In this document: positions 33,478 through 43,320 of the stretch, in pieces
Numbering within the stretch: position 1 is the first letter of the stretch
Layout: every line of letters begins with the position of its first letter
IMG/VR virus record: IMGVR_UViG_3300037230_000036
Location: 1 to 64,000 of that record
Length of the DNA stretch: 64,000 nucleotides
From: a virus
Direction: 5' to 3' (one strand)
Notes under the pieces: model-generated
What the model was told of the DNA's origin: nothing
What the model saw: the letters and a program-made list of their open reading frames with translations, nothing else
The model's database searches: none
Translations under genes and position numbers: made by a program

Positions 33478-33860
33478 TCCCCGATCAGATCGCCCAACTC
33501 AGCACCGTCAACACGCAGATCAACGCCGAGCCGTTTGTTCTCGACTCGCCGATGGAGCTGCCCGACACCTGGAAATGCAAGCCTGACGGCAAGGGCTGGC
33601 TCTGCCGGGACTACGTGCAGTGCAAGGCCGAGACGTTGCGTGAGGCCGGATGGGACAACGCGGCTATCCCGCTGCTGACGATCCTCTGCTACGACGAACT
33701 CGGCGATTACCATGCCGTTCTTGGTGTCGCCGATGGGCCGGACGTGATGATCCTCGACAACCGCGCGCCCGATATCTACCGCCGCTCGACCCCGCCCTTC
33801 GCCTATCGATGGGATCGGATACAGATCGTCGGTAGCGACGAGTTCGAGCCGCTGACGTGA
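33474..33860 (+). CDS. Transglutaminase-like cysteine protease (BTLCP / peptidase C93, LapG-like) catalytic domain
   Basis: VN..IN, C.DY...K...L..AGW, HAVL, ILDN (Cys-His-Asp triad). Confidence 0.75.
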   Translation: MIPDQIAQLSTVNTQINAEPFVLDSPMELPDTWKCKPDGKGWLCRDYVQCKAETLREAGWDNAAIPLLTILCYDELGDYHAVLGVADGPDVMILDNRAPDIYRRSTPPFAYRWDRIQIVGSDEFEPLT

Positions 33861-34162
33861 ACACGAGTGTCAGACTTAACGATGCCGTTTTACTTCTCGC
33901 GCACGATCTTGTGCGACCGGAAGATGGCGGGGATCACTTGCCAGTGAAGTTGGCGTCAGCTCGATCGTCTGCCGATACCATCGCGGTCGCTACCGAAATC
34001 CAAGCTGTCGTCGATGGTCTGAGGCAATCCGAGCGCGAGGCGATCGTCAACTTCATCGAGCGCTGCGCCGATAAGAGCGGCCAGCCGGCAAAGAACGTCC
34101 TCGAAAACATGGCAAGCACGATCCAGGCGCTGACCGATGGGGAAATGGAGGAGTTTCGGTGA
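33857..34162 (+). CDS. Hypothetical protein
   Basis: GTGA overlap. Confidence 0.5.
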   Translation: MNTSVRLNDAVLLLAHDLVRPEDGGDHLPVKLASARSSADTIAVATEIQAVVDGLRQSEREAIVNFIERCADKSGQPAKNVLENMASTIQALTDGEMEEFR

Positions 34163-34785
34163 CGCGAGTTGCCGCGCTCTTTGTGGAGGTTGGCGGCTGC
34201 TATTTCGGCCATCCAGACGTTGATCCATGGGATGAAACGCGCGACGCCAGAAAATATCATGGGCCGCATCCAGTCGTGGCGCATCCGCCCTGTCAACGCT
34301 GGGGACGGTTCTGGCACGGCTCGACCAGGAAGCCGCATCAATTCACACTCGGCGACGACGCCGGTTGCTTTGCTACTGCGTTGAATGCCGTTCGCACTTA
34401 CGGCGGTGTGTTGGAGCACCCTGCCGACAGTCGGGCGTTCGGGCATTTTGGACTACCGATCCCTAAGCGCGGATCGGGGTGGACCATCGCCGACGATCAT
34501 GGCGGGCGATCCTGCTACGTCGAGCAGGGTCACTATGGCCATGAGGCGCGCAAGGCAACGTGGCTCTATGCGGTCGGCGTAGAGTTCCCTGCGCTGAATT
34601 GGGAACGTGGCGAACAGAAAATCCCGCAGTGGATGACCGACCGCTACGGCTATGCCAAGGCTCGCAAAATAGGCGTCGTCGCGATGGTTGGCGGCAAGGA
34701 CAAGACCGCAATCCGCAACCGGACACCCGAACCGTTCCGAGACATACTGCTCAGTATCGCTAGGAGTGTGACGGCATTCCGATGA
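34159..34785 (+). CDS. Conserved phage protein with a C5-methyltransferase-like HPPC motif
   Basis: VAALFV, VVAHPPCQRWG, GGVLEHP, YGH.ARKATWLY, TPEPFRD. Confidence 0.55.
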   Translation: MTRVAALFVEVGGCYFGHPDVDPWDETRDARKYHGPHPVVAHPPCQRWGRFWHGSTRKPHQFTLGDDAGCFATALNAVRTYGGVLEHPADSRAFGHFGLPIPKRGSGWTIADDHGGRSCYVEQGHYGHEARKATWLYAVGVEFPALNWERGEQKIPQWMTDRYGYAKARKIGVVAMVGGKDKTAIRNRTPEPFRDILLSIARSVTAFR

Positions 34786-35447
34786 TAACCCCCGTCCAAG
34801 CCGTCACCCTCGCCAAAGCGATTTACAACCCAGGCCCGAGCGACTTCGACTGGCACGGCGGCTGTGGCTTCGTCACCCTCGGCGTGAGGCATCTACCGGA
34901 CTGCGATGTTGTCGTGCCGGAAGGATCGATCACGACGCTGGATTGGTTCCGAGACGCGCTGTCTGAGGCTGGCGCGGCGATCCCCGGTTTTGAGGCGCTG
35001 GGGCCGATCCCGTTCGGATTCGCGCTGAAGCTGCCCGAAGCGCACCGGGATTTGGAGCCGTTGCTGCGGCCGGGAATCCCGACAGTCTACAGCGGGCACA
35101 GCCTTGGAGCCGTGACGGCCATTCTGCTAGCCGGGATGCATGTCTTAGCCGGCGGAAACCTCGGCGGGGTCTTCGCATTCGAGCCGCCTCGGGCCGGAAC
35201 CGCGCTGCTAACGAAACTGCTCGCCCCGTATCCGCTCTACCTGACGATCAACGGGATGGACCCCGTGCCGCATCTCCCCACCCCGCCGTGGGAGCGCCCG
35301 CGCGAGGCTGTGCGGCTGGACGCGGCACCGGCGGGGATCCTGGCCTACGATCCAATCAAGTGGCACGCGATCGGGCTCGTTGCGGCTGGCGTCGCGGCAT
35401 ATGAGGCGTCTAACTCGGCGGCGCTCTCCCCGCCGGACCGCGCGTAG
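34782..35447 (+). CDS. Lipase class 3 (alpha/beta hydrolase)
   Basis: GHSLG nucleophile elbow, FEPPR, DPVPHLP, terminal His. Confidence 0.85.
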   Translation: MITPVQAVTLAKAIYNPGPSDFDWHGGCGFVTLGVRHLPDCDVVVPEGSITTLDWFRDALSEAGAAIPGFEALGPIPFGFALKLPEAHRDLEPLLRPGIPTVYSGHSLGAVTAILLAGMHVLAGGNLGGVFAFEPPRAGTALLTKLLAPYPLYLTINGMDPVPHLPTPPWERPREAVRLDAAPAGILAYDPIKWHAIGLVAAGVAAYEASNSAALSPPDRA

Positions 35448-35495
35448 CGGCATACCACAGAATCGCGGCGACGATCGGAAGCCAGGGCCAGAGGG

Positions 35496-35951
35496 TCATG
35501 GTCTGGTGGTTAGGGCGCGGATAACCGCCGAGGCGCCGTAGATTTCAGCAGCGTCCAATTCCTGCGCGCACCGCTCTCGCTCGGCGGTGGCTACTTCGGC
35601 CCGAAAGTCGTCGAGGGTGATGGCCAACTCCTCGATCATGCCATGAACGGTCGACTGTGTCGTGATCCGTTCGTACCATGCCTTGCTCGCAGCCTCTCTC
35701 GCCTCAGCGGTCGTCGGCTCGTTGGACTTGGCACGTCCGGCATCGACCAATACGCTTACTGCTCGGTCGATATTGTATGGCGCTGATGTACGGGCTTGGG
35801 CAGCGAAGTCGTCGAGATAGGCAAACAGCTCGTCTCGTGTGATCAACGCCATATCGGGATAGTCTGCCGGGCTCGTGCGATCGTCCTTCTCCAACAATCC
35901 CCGCCAGATTGCCTCTCGCGTCTCAACGCTCGGTTCACGATCTTGCGTCAT
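35496..35951 (-). CDS. Hypothetical protein
   Basis: Purine-rich RBS; LLEKDDRTSPADYPDMALIT motif. Confidence 0.55.
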   Translation of the reverse strand: MTQDREPSVETREAIWRGLLEKDDRTSPADYPDMALITRDELFAYLDDFAAQARTSAPYNIDRAVSVLVDAGRAKSNEPTTAEAREAASKAWYERITTQSTVHGMIEELAITLDDFRAEVATAERERCAQELDAAEIYGASAVIRALTTRP

Positions 35952-35969
35952 TACTCTCTCCCTCTCATC

Positions 35970-36001
35970 CATGCTTATCCGGTTAGGACACACAGGAGCT
36001 A
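35970..36001 (+). mobile_element. Solo or degenerate end of the TIR mini-cassette family (copy A)
   Basis: CATGCTTATCCGGTTAGGACACACAGGAGCTA, close match to the cassette B and C ends; no intact partner end found. Confidence 0.65.
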
Positions 36002-36144
36002 CCAGTTGCCCCTATCCGCACTCAACCCACCCGCGCCACGCCGGGTCCGGGTTTTCTCGACAGTCCCACCTGTCCATCCTGACGCAGGCGCTCAAGATGA
36101 GGCAGAGGAGGAATAGGGCGGTTAGTTTTGTAATGTGTGCCATA

Positions 36145-36786
36145 TCAGCTTACCGCGTGTTTTTCGATGGCGACTGAAGCTTCTCGGCCCTTAAGTTCGG
36201 CCACTGAAAATTCATACGCCGCCAACAACGCTGCATCATCTGCCGTGCGCCAGTCATCTACATATCCAGCGACGGTTCCGATCTTCTTGTCGCCGATATC
36301 CCATTTCACGCGCGCACCTAACCTCGCCTCGAAATTGTCAGGATCGCGGCTGAACTCCGCGTAAAGAGGGGGATAAATATATCCGTCGTTATGGTCACGA
36401 CATAAGCGAAACCAATGATCATTCAGCGCGTGTTGTTCGTCAGTCCAGCGCCATTCAGGATGACTGGCAACTTGGCCCGGATCGTAGATCAAGAACGAAA
36501 TGTTGCACCAATCACAGACTTCGCCATCCTCGATGCTTTCCAGCCCATAAGATGGGCATGTATGGCCCGCAGGCCACTTCTGATCGACCACCCAAGACAG
36601 ATACCACTTGCTCGGTGGAGCCGCCTGCATGGCCACCAATGACCCATTAGGTGCCGTATCACTAATTCTGAACGCCATATCCTCCATAGGAGGAAATGGA
36701 TGTCCGCTCGCATGAATTCGGCCCAGCGAGAACTGCGCTATGTAACTCAGCAGAAGGATTCGCGCGCGTTCTTTCTTCACAGTCAA
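36145..36786 (-). CDS. Hypothetical low-GC moron-like protein
   Basis: GGAGG RBS, TTG/GTG start; AT-richer than its neighbours. Confidence 0.55.
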   Translation of the reverse strand: MTVKKERARILLLSYIAQFSLGRIHASGHPFPPMEDMAFRISDTAPNGSLVAMQAAPPSKWYLSWVVDQKWPAGHTCPSYGLESIEDGEVCDWCNISFLIYDPGQVASHPEWRWTDEQHALNDHWFRLCRDHNDGYIYPPLYAEFSRDPDNFEARLGARVKWDIGDKKIGTVAGYVDDWRTADDAALLAAYEFSVAELKGREASVAIEKHAVS

Positions 36787-36918
36787 AATCCTCCAAATGC
36801 GTGTTTGGGCACAACCCAAAATCCAGCCGCAGCGTATGGTCCTAACATCAACAAAGCGGCTATGTAGGGGGCCATAGATAATCCTCCTCGGCGGCGGTGC
36901 ACGCGTGGTCGTCAGCGG

Positions 36919-37188
36919 TCATTGCTCGTGAAACCCAAGCCGCACCATCGCCTCCAGGAACCGGCGCGCAACGTCTCGCGGCTCCATCTTCGGGTCCATC
37001 TTGATCGTCGGCGGGGCGCCGGCGCAGATCGTCAGGCCGGGGATCGAGACGCACGCCGGCTCCAGGTTCACCGGCCCACTGATGGGCGCCACCCAGTTCT
37101 TCAGGTCAAAATGGGAGGTTTCCGCGCTCTGCCCCCACGCTGCCGGAGCGGCGAGACACAGGGCGGCGATGAGGGCGAGGCGGGTCAT
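36919..37188 (-). CDS. Small secreted protein
   Basis: Signal peptide MTRLALIAALCLAAPAAWG. Confidence 0.55.
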   Translation of the reverse strand: MTRLALIAALCLAAPAAWGQSAETSHFDLKNWVAPISGPVNLEPACVSIPGLTICAGAPPTIKMDPKMEPRDVARRFLEAMVRLGFHEQ

Positions 37189-37709
37189 GGCATCGGCAAC
37201 CTTTTCGGGTTTTCACAGGTCGGGCACGGCTGGTAATGCCCACGAGTACACCGCGGGCACTTGATCCAACCGTCTCCAGCGCAGGTCTCGCATCCTTGTC
37301 GAATATCGGACGCGGCACCATTCCCGCCCATCCGCGCCCGGATCGCATCGAAATCGTCGGCGGCTCTAGTGGCCATCACTCTTTCTCCGACCCAGACCGC
37401 CATCCTCCGCGACGCCGGGGGCTCATGCGTTAGCGCGATATGATCCGGAGTTTCCGATGGTGGATTGCCGCTCTCACAGGCCGGGGGTTCGTCGGTCGCG
37501 GGGTCGACCACGAACGGAATGCGAGCGCGTCGCTCAAACAAAGTCTCTATCCATCCCTGCTTCCGCCGCTCGTCGCGATAGGCGGTGATGCACGCGGTCG
37601 CGGTCTCGGCGAGCTCCTGACCCGTGAAGCATCCCATGATGATCGGGTCGTCGCGCACCATTGCGGTCATCGCCGCTTCTAGGGCGGTGGGGTCGATAGG
37701 ATCGGTCAT
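37185..37709 (-). CDS. Hypothetical protein with C-terminal CxxC motifs
   Basis: CETC..CPRC..CPTC. Confidence 0.55.
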   Translation of the reverse strand: MTDPIDPTALEAAMTAMVRDDPIIMGCFTGQELAETATACITAYRDERRKQGWIETLFERRARIPFVVDPATDEPPACESGNPPSETPDHIALTHEPPASRRMAVWVGERVMATRAADDFDAIRARMGGNGAASDIRQGCETCAGDGWIKCPRCTRGHYQPCPTCENPKRLPMP

Positions 37710-37731
37710 GTGGTCTGCCCTTCCTGGTTGC

Positions 37732-39333
37732 CTATTCCGCCGCCTCCCACGCCGCGACGTGCTGCCACTGTCGCTCGATCGCCGTATTGGCCAGCACTCC
37801 CTCGTTCGCTCCGGCTTCTCGCTGGTACTGCTGGATCAGATCCGCGTTACGCCCGAGCAGGCGCGCGAGGTCGGCGGTGTTTTGCGCGGTCTTGAGCCGA
37901 GGCAGAAACTGCGCCGCGTACCAGGCGGACCAGTTCGCGCGGCCGGCGTGGCGGGTGGGCTCCAGGCGCAGGCTCTCCCGGTCGTACCAGTCGCTGCGGT
38001 GGGGACGCTGCGGGGGCGCCACAGCGCGGGGAGCCGAGGCGGGCGTTGGAGCAAGCGGCAACTCGGCTTCGCGGGCTGGTGCGGCTGGCGCCGGGCTTCC
38101 ACCGGCCTCCCCGTGCGATACCGGGTTCGTCAGCAAGTCTGGTGCTGTGCGTGGCCGCTCGTCCTCCGCAGGGACGTACTGCCGGGCATTGGTCTCACTA
38201 AAGGTTCCAGGCGGATCATCGACGGGTTCGCCATCGGCTGTCTCCCCGCGTTTTCCCTTCGGTTCATCGGCCTCTGCCCGCTCTGGGATGGGGTCGGCCG
38301 GGGGCGGAGGGGAGCCCGCTGATCCCGGCCGCTGCACCGGGTCGCCCGGCGGCAGCTTGTGCGCGAAGGCTTCCTCGACCGCGCGGACGTGATCGGGGAA
38401 CTCGCCGCGATATTGTGACAGGAGGTCGGCGCTGGCGTCGCGCATCCGCGCCACGGACTCCGGTCGACCATCCTCGATGTTGTGCATCATCCGGCCGCGC
38501 CATTCCTCGATCGTGCCGAGCTCGATCTGCTTGGTGCCGGTGTCGATCACAAATTTGCGATGGTCGAGATCGGTGGCAGTCGGGGCGCCGGCGCGTTCGT
38601 CCGGGGCTGGGGACGCCATGCCCTCAATCACCACGCCGCGCATCGGATCGATGTAGCTGTGTTTGCCGCGCTCCTCGTGGGCCTCTTCCATGACGGCGGC
38701 GTTGACCATCAGGTTAACCGGCATGTCGCGGGCGAGGCGACGGCGCGGCGTCTTCTCGCACATTGCCGGGAAACCAATCTCCGCGTCGTTCCACGGCGAA
38801 TCGGATTTCTTCGCGCCAGGGCTGCGGCCTTTGACGAACATCAGCTCGTCGATGTCCATGACGCGGACAATGCTGCTGTGGCCGGGCCGGCTCGCGGTGG
38901 CCCACGCGCCGAGGATGCGCCGGCCGCGACCTGCGCCGAGTTCCGGCTTGTGGTGCACGTAGGCAGTGCTGCCGAGCTCGAAATCGAATTGATCGCCTTC
39001 CCGCACGACGGCGCCATTGATCGTGAAGCCGGATCGGCCCGCGAGGGTCGCGTAGCCGCGGTAGCCGATTACAGGCTGAGCCTTCCCGGCGAAGGGGATC
39101 ATGTAGAACTGGCCGAGCGCCCCATCGGCCTCGAGCCCGAGGACGGCCGCCGTCATCGCCGCCTGGATGATCGATGGCACCGAGCAGTTCTGCAGGCTCG
39201 GCGTCTTCTCCAGCGAGACGAGGATCGTGCGTAGCAGCTTTTCGGGGGCGAGCCCGCTACCCCTCAGAGCCTCGGCAAAATGGGGCATCAGCGGGGTAAG
39301 CTGCCGTTCGATGACGGCGAGTTCCTGGGGCAT
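37732..39333 (-). CDS. recT: RecT-family single-strand annealing protein with long C-terminal extension
   Basis: LQNCSVPSI..A.M.AA.LGL, YMIPF, IGYRG...LA.RSG, VREGD.F, SPW..F.AM..KT..RRL. Confidence 0.88.
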   Translation of the reverse strand: MPQELAVIERQLTPLMPHFAEALRGSGLAPEKLLRTILVSLEKTPSLQNCSVPSIIQAAMTAAVLGLEADGALGQFYMIPFAGKAQPVIGYRGYATLAGRSGFTINGAVVREGDQFDFELGSTAYVHHKPELGAGRGRRILGAWATASRPGHSSIVRVMDIDELMFVKGRSPGAKKSDSPWNDAEIGFPAMCEKTPRRRLARDMPVNLMVNAAVMEEAHEERGKHSYIDPMRGVVIEGMASPAPDERAGAPTATDLDHRKFVIDTGTKQIELGTIEEWRGRMMHNIEDGRPESVARMRDASADLLSQYRGEFPDHVRAVEEAFAHKLPPGDPVQRPGSAGSPPPPADPIPERAEADEPKGKRGETADGEPVDDPPGTFSETNARQYVPAEDERPRTAPDLLTNPVSHGEAGGSPAPAAPAREAELPLAPTPASAPRAVAPPQRPHRSDWYDRESLRLEPTRHAGRANWSAWYAAQFLPRLKTAQNTADLARLLGRNADLIQQYQREAGANEGVLANTAIERQWQHVAAWEAAE

Positions 39334-39559
39334 CAGTCGGATTCTCCCGCGCGGACGATTTTTGAAAATGACGCAAACTCTCCCCGCTTTTCCATGAGTT
39401 TCATTCCATGAGGAAAGTTGAAATTGCAGCAGATTGCGCCACCGTGAACCGTATACGACCTGCGCCATGTCCAGCACGCCGTTATCTGCCATAGTCGCGC
39501 TACAAGCCGGTCACCTTCGCATAGGTCGCTGTCGTGGATTTCGGCCATGAGAATCCGCC

Positions 39560-40834
39560 TCAGTACGCAATGGAAACGTGCGGGACGTGGCCCTTGGCAA
39601 TCGCGACGATCGCCGCCTCAGCCGCCTGCGCGGAGAGCCCGGCCGCCATCAGCGCAGCCTTGGCCTCGCCGTTGAACTTCGCCCGGTGCTGGCGGTTCTC
39701 TTCGCGCTTCCGGGTCTCCTCGCGCTCCTGCGCCGCGGCCGCAACCTTCGCCTGCCGTTCGGCCTCGACCGCCTCGTCGCGCGCCTGCGTCAAAGCTTCT
39801 GCATGCCGACGCTCTGCGGCCGCGGCTTCCTCGCCGGCCCGGCGTTCGCCTTCCCGCCGCGCGGCCTCGGCCTCCTGTGCCCGGCGAGCCTCTGCTGCGG
39901 CGCGCTCTTCTGCTTCGCGCTTCGCCTGCTCCTGGCGTGCGGCTTCTGCCTGTAGGGCAGCCTCCCGCTTCCGGGCGCCCTCCGCAGCGGCTTCGGCTTC
40001 CTGCCGGAACCGCTCCTCGGCGGCGACGCGCTCCTGCTCGACGAGCGCAGCCGCGGCCCGCAACTCATCCTCGCGGCGCTTGGCCTCCGCGGTGGCTTCC
40101 TCTTCCCGGCGCCGAGCTTCTGCCGCAGCGGCCTCGGCCTCACCCGCCGCCTTTTCCTCGGCTTCGATCCTGGCGCGCTCCGCAGCCTCCCGCGCGATCT
40201 GTTCCTCGCGCTCCCGCCGCTGCTGGGCTTCCGCCTCGACCCGGCGCAGCACCTCGGCTTCACGCTCGGCGTAGAGCGCGGCAAAGCTCTCCCGCATGTC
40301 CTTGAGCATCGTCAGCGCCGCGTCAACCGCGCGGACGCCCTTGATCTCGAATTCCTGCCAGTCCCGTTCGTAGCCGGTCAGGGAGGCGATCCGGGCGTCG
40401 ATCTCATGCAGCGGCGGCTCGTCGACGTCGAAGCGAACCATCGAGGCGATCCTGGTGACCTCGGCCTCGTGCCCTTCGATCCGCGCCGCCTCACGGGCTT
40501 CCCAGCGGTCGAGCGGGCCGCGGACCTCGTCCCTGAGCGCATCGAGGTCCTCGCGGATGCGGCGGCGGTCGGCGTTGATCGCGTCGACCTGTTTCCGCAT
40601 CTCGTCGCCGAGGGACTTCCCCATGTCGTCGAGCGCGGTTTTCGACCTCGCGATCTTGTAGGCGAGCGAGGCGCAGGCGGTGCGGCCAGCCTTCGTCGAG
40701 ATATCGATATCGACAGCCTTTGCCTCGGCCTTGACCTTGTCGAGGATGGCGTCGACCCCGCCGGGACCGAAGACAACCGCCGGCACCAGCGCCGACGAGA
40801 CGACCAGCATTCCGCCTTCGCGCGTTTCGCTCAT
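39560..40834 (-). CDS. Coiled-coil phage protein (often labelled TolA-like)
   Basis: DIST.AGR...ASLAYKIARSKTALDD.GK; E/A/R-rich coil; C-terminal IAKG.VPHVSI.Y. Confidence 0.75.
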   Translation of the reverse strand: MSETREGGMLVVSSALVPAVVFGPGGVDAILDKVKAEAKAVDIDISTKAGRTACASLAYKIARSKTALDDMGKSLGDEMRKQVDAINADRRRIREDLDALRDEVRGPLDRWEAREAARIEGHEAEVTRIASMVRFDVDEPPLHEIDARIASLTGYERDWQEFEIKGVRAVDAALTMLKDMRESFAALYAEREAEVLRRVEAEAQQRREREEQIAREAAERARIEAEEKAAGEAEAAAAEARRREEEATAEAKRREDELRAAAALVEQERVAAEERFRQEAEAAAEGARKREAALQAEAARQEQAKREAEERAAAEARRAQEAEAARREGERRAGEEAAAAERRHAEALTQARDEAVEAERQAKVAAAAQEREETRKREENRQHRAKFNGEAKAALMAAGLSAQAAEAAIVAIAKGHVPHVSIAY

Positions 40835-40845
40835 AGTTTCCCCTT

Positions 40846-41064
40846 TCAGATATCGTGCGCTCGTGAGGCGCTGTCATTTCCGTCGCCGCGGTAGCCGTAC
40901 CTCGTCGACATGATCGTATCGACCCAGACCGAGTGCTTCGTCGCGTCGTAATGCCGGGCAGCAACGGCGAGCGTGTTCTTCCCGTTCCACGCTTTGCCGC
41001 AGTCAAAACAGCCACCTTGCTGCTGACTGATGAAGCTAAAGCCGTCGCGGTCATTGCGGGCCAT
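40846..41064 (-). CDS. Small Zn-finger-like protein
   Basis: CFDC...H....H. Confidence 0.5.
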   Translation of the reverse strand: MARNDRDGFSFISQQQGGCFDCGKAWNGKNTLAVAARHYDATKHSVWVDTIMSTRYGYRGDGNDSASRAHDI

Positions 41065-41066
41065 CC

Positions 41067-42026
41067 CTACGCCCCCAGGTAGTCGGCAGGATCGCGTGTC
41101 GCCTTGGCGGTATCCGCCACGGGCGCGCTGTTCTCCTCGACGATCTCGATGTTGATCCGGGTCGACGCCTTCCGCGTGACCTTCGGTTCGAGGTGCGGTT
41201 CGCACATCCCGGCGGCGACCTCGGTCCGCTTGATGAACGCGGTGAAGCCATCGGTCTTGAGGATGCCCGCCGGCCCGGCGCGACCCAGCAGTTTCGCCTT
41301 CATCTGCTCCGCCAGTTTCTTCGCGAAGGACTCATCGCTCTTGGCTCTGGCGTACTGCCGCAGCACCAGCGACATTTCCTCGTCGCCGAACGCCTCGACG
41401 ATCGACGCCTTCTCGCTGAGCGGGTAGAGCGCGGCGAGCATCGGCAGCTCGAGCGGCGACCCCAGCGGGTCCGGCTCCTTCCCGGTCTTCAGGCTGTCGA
41501 AGAACGATGCCGCCTCGTCGCGCAGCCGCTCCTGCATCTCGCGGTTAGGCTCCCGCTCCAGGACGCGGAGGTCGTTGCCGCCGATCAGCACCGCGATCAT
41601 CCCGAGCTCGGCCTTGTCGACCATGACTTGCGTCTGCACCTGGATCTCGACGTGCATCGCGGCGGCGGTTTCGGTCCAGGTCTGTTTCCAGCGCAACCAA
41701 TCGACGCACTTCGCCTCGACAATGACCTTTCCTCTGTCCGGCATCACCATCCGGCCGTCGACCGTCGCGCCGAGGAGCCCGTCGCGGACATACTCGTCGG
41801 CGTCGTTGTGCTGCATCTCCAGCCGGTACTGCTTGGCGACGGCTTCGAGGATCGGGTGCTGTAGGGCCGTGCCCCAGTCGATCCGGTCGTCGGCGTCTGG
41901 CTCGATCATGGAGAGGTCGCGCTTGCGGAAGCAGTGGAACAGCATCCACCTGGTGCAATATGGACTCCGGTCGAAGAGGGCCGGCGCTTGACTGGCGCTG
42001 ACGGTCTCAAAGCTCTTATCGGGCAT
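41067..42026 (-). CDS. YqaJ / lambda-exonuclease-family recombination nuclease
   Basis: SASQ..AL...SPY, WG..L...I, ATVDG, VEAK, QVQ.Q. Confidence 0.85.
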   Translation of the reverse strand: MPDKSFETVSASQAPALFDRSPYCTRWMLFHCFRKRDLSMIEPDADDRIDWGTALQHPILEAVAKQYRLEMQHNDADEYVRDGLLGATVDGRMVMPDRGKVIVEAKCVDWLRWKQTWTETAAAMHVEIQVQTQVMVDKAELGMIAVLIGGNDLRVLEREPNREMQERLRDEAASFFDSLKTGKEPDPLGSPLELPMLAALYPLSEKASIVEAFGDEEMSLVLRQYARAKSDESFAKKLAEQMKAKLLGRAGPAGILKTDGFTAFIKRTEVAAGMCEPHLEPKVTRKASTRINIEIVEENSAPVADTAKATRDPADYLGA

Positions 42027-42475
42027 CGCCTCGTTCTCCCATAGCTCGGCCCTTTTCCGCCTCCCGATCTGGCACTTGGCCTCGGAAGAGAGCCTTGTCC
42101 TTTGGCTCTAGGGCAGGATGCCCCGCGTACTCAGGTCCCTCCGGCTCTCGCCGCTCTGCCATAGCAGGTCCGCTGGGTGCTTTTTTCGGCGCACCCCGGC
42201 TTGGGTTCGGACTATCCCCTTGCCGTCCGTCACCGCCCTCTGGGAGGCCGCCGGTTGGAATGGGCTCACCAGAGCCGGCGATTTTTACAGGGACGCTTTT
42301 GCTCCACCGGCTTTTTGGGAGACGGAAGCCGGGCAACGCTGGGTGGCGATCGGGCATCCGGGGATTGTGGATTGCGCTGGGCTGCGCTATATCCCCGGCA
42401 GGAATGCAGGTCGCTACCACGACTGCGATCCAGAAGGCCGGTAGACGGTTGGTGCCGTCCCGGCCTTCGCTCATT

Positions 42476-42787
42476 TCAGGATGCCGCATCGACTTCCTCG
42501 GCGCAAGGGGTTTTGTCAGCATCGTAAACCCCGCGCAGAACGATCCAATCGCGAGGAATGCGGCTCGGCGCTGGTGCCAGAGCGGCGGGAGATGTCAGCA
42601 GGGCGCCGGCGATATCGTAGAGATGATGCACGAGCATGCTTTGCCGCCCTTGCTCGATATTCACGATCGAAGGCCGACTCACCCCGACGCGCGAAGCCAA
42701 CTGGCTCTGTGTGAGTGCCATGAATTTCCGACGCTCGCGAACAAGGCGGCCGATCTCGCGATAAAGCGCGACGTGCTGCTCATTCAT
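42476..42787 (-). CDS. XRE-family HTH regulator
   Basis: RERRK...LTQSQLA.RVGVSRPSIVNIEQGRQ. Confidence 0.85.
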   Translation of the reverse strand: MNEQHVALYREIGRLVRERRKFMALTQSQLASRVGVSRPSIVNIEQGRQSMLVHHLYDIAGALLTSPAALAPAPSRIPRDWIVLRGVYDADKTPCAEEVDAAS

Positions 42788-42848
42788 TCCGGTGTTCCGT
42801 TCCTGCGACGGCACACCTCGATCACACCTTCGAGTTCGTCGTCAGCCA

Positions 42849-43093
42849 TCACGCCACCGCCGGCAACGCAAGCCCGCAGAACCCGCTGTCCCTGGTCCCC
42901 ATGATCCAGCGCCACGCCATGCAATCGGAGGCGAGACAGCGACATGATGCGAGCGCTTTTGGGCCAGCAGTTTCAGGGTCAAAGCGATTGGCCGCGCCCG
43001 AAGCGGTTTTCCATTGAACCGCATCGCCCCGAATTTCCGGATGGTAGCGTGCGAAAGGACACCACTTCTGCCGCGCTTGATCCTCGGTCATCA
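42849..43093 (-). CDS. Hypothetical Cys-rich phage protein
   Basis: KWCPFAR...CLASDCMAWRW...GFCGLA. Confidence 0.65.
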
Positions 43094-43291
43094 GTCTCGC
43101 TCCCATTCCTTCGCGTTGGCGCACTCGGCTAGAAACTCCGCATCATCCCGCCGCATCCCGTAGCCCTCGTGACCGCAATCCGTGTTCCAGCCGGGCTGAT
43201 CGGGCTCTTGCGACAGCGTCCAGATGCGGGCGTGGGGATCAGCTTTTGCCTCTACATCAGCGTCGGGATCAGCGACCACGAACCACGCCAT
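43091..43291 (-). CDS. Hypothetical protein
   Basis: Overlapping operon gene. Confidence 0.5.
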   Translation of the reverse strand: MAWFVVADPDADVEAKADPHARIWTLSQEPDQPGWNTDCGHEGYGMRRDDAEFLAECANAKEWERD

Positions 43292-43320
43292 CGAAGCCCC
43301 CCCCTATCGTCGTCCTGGCT

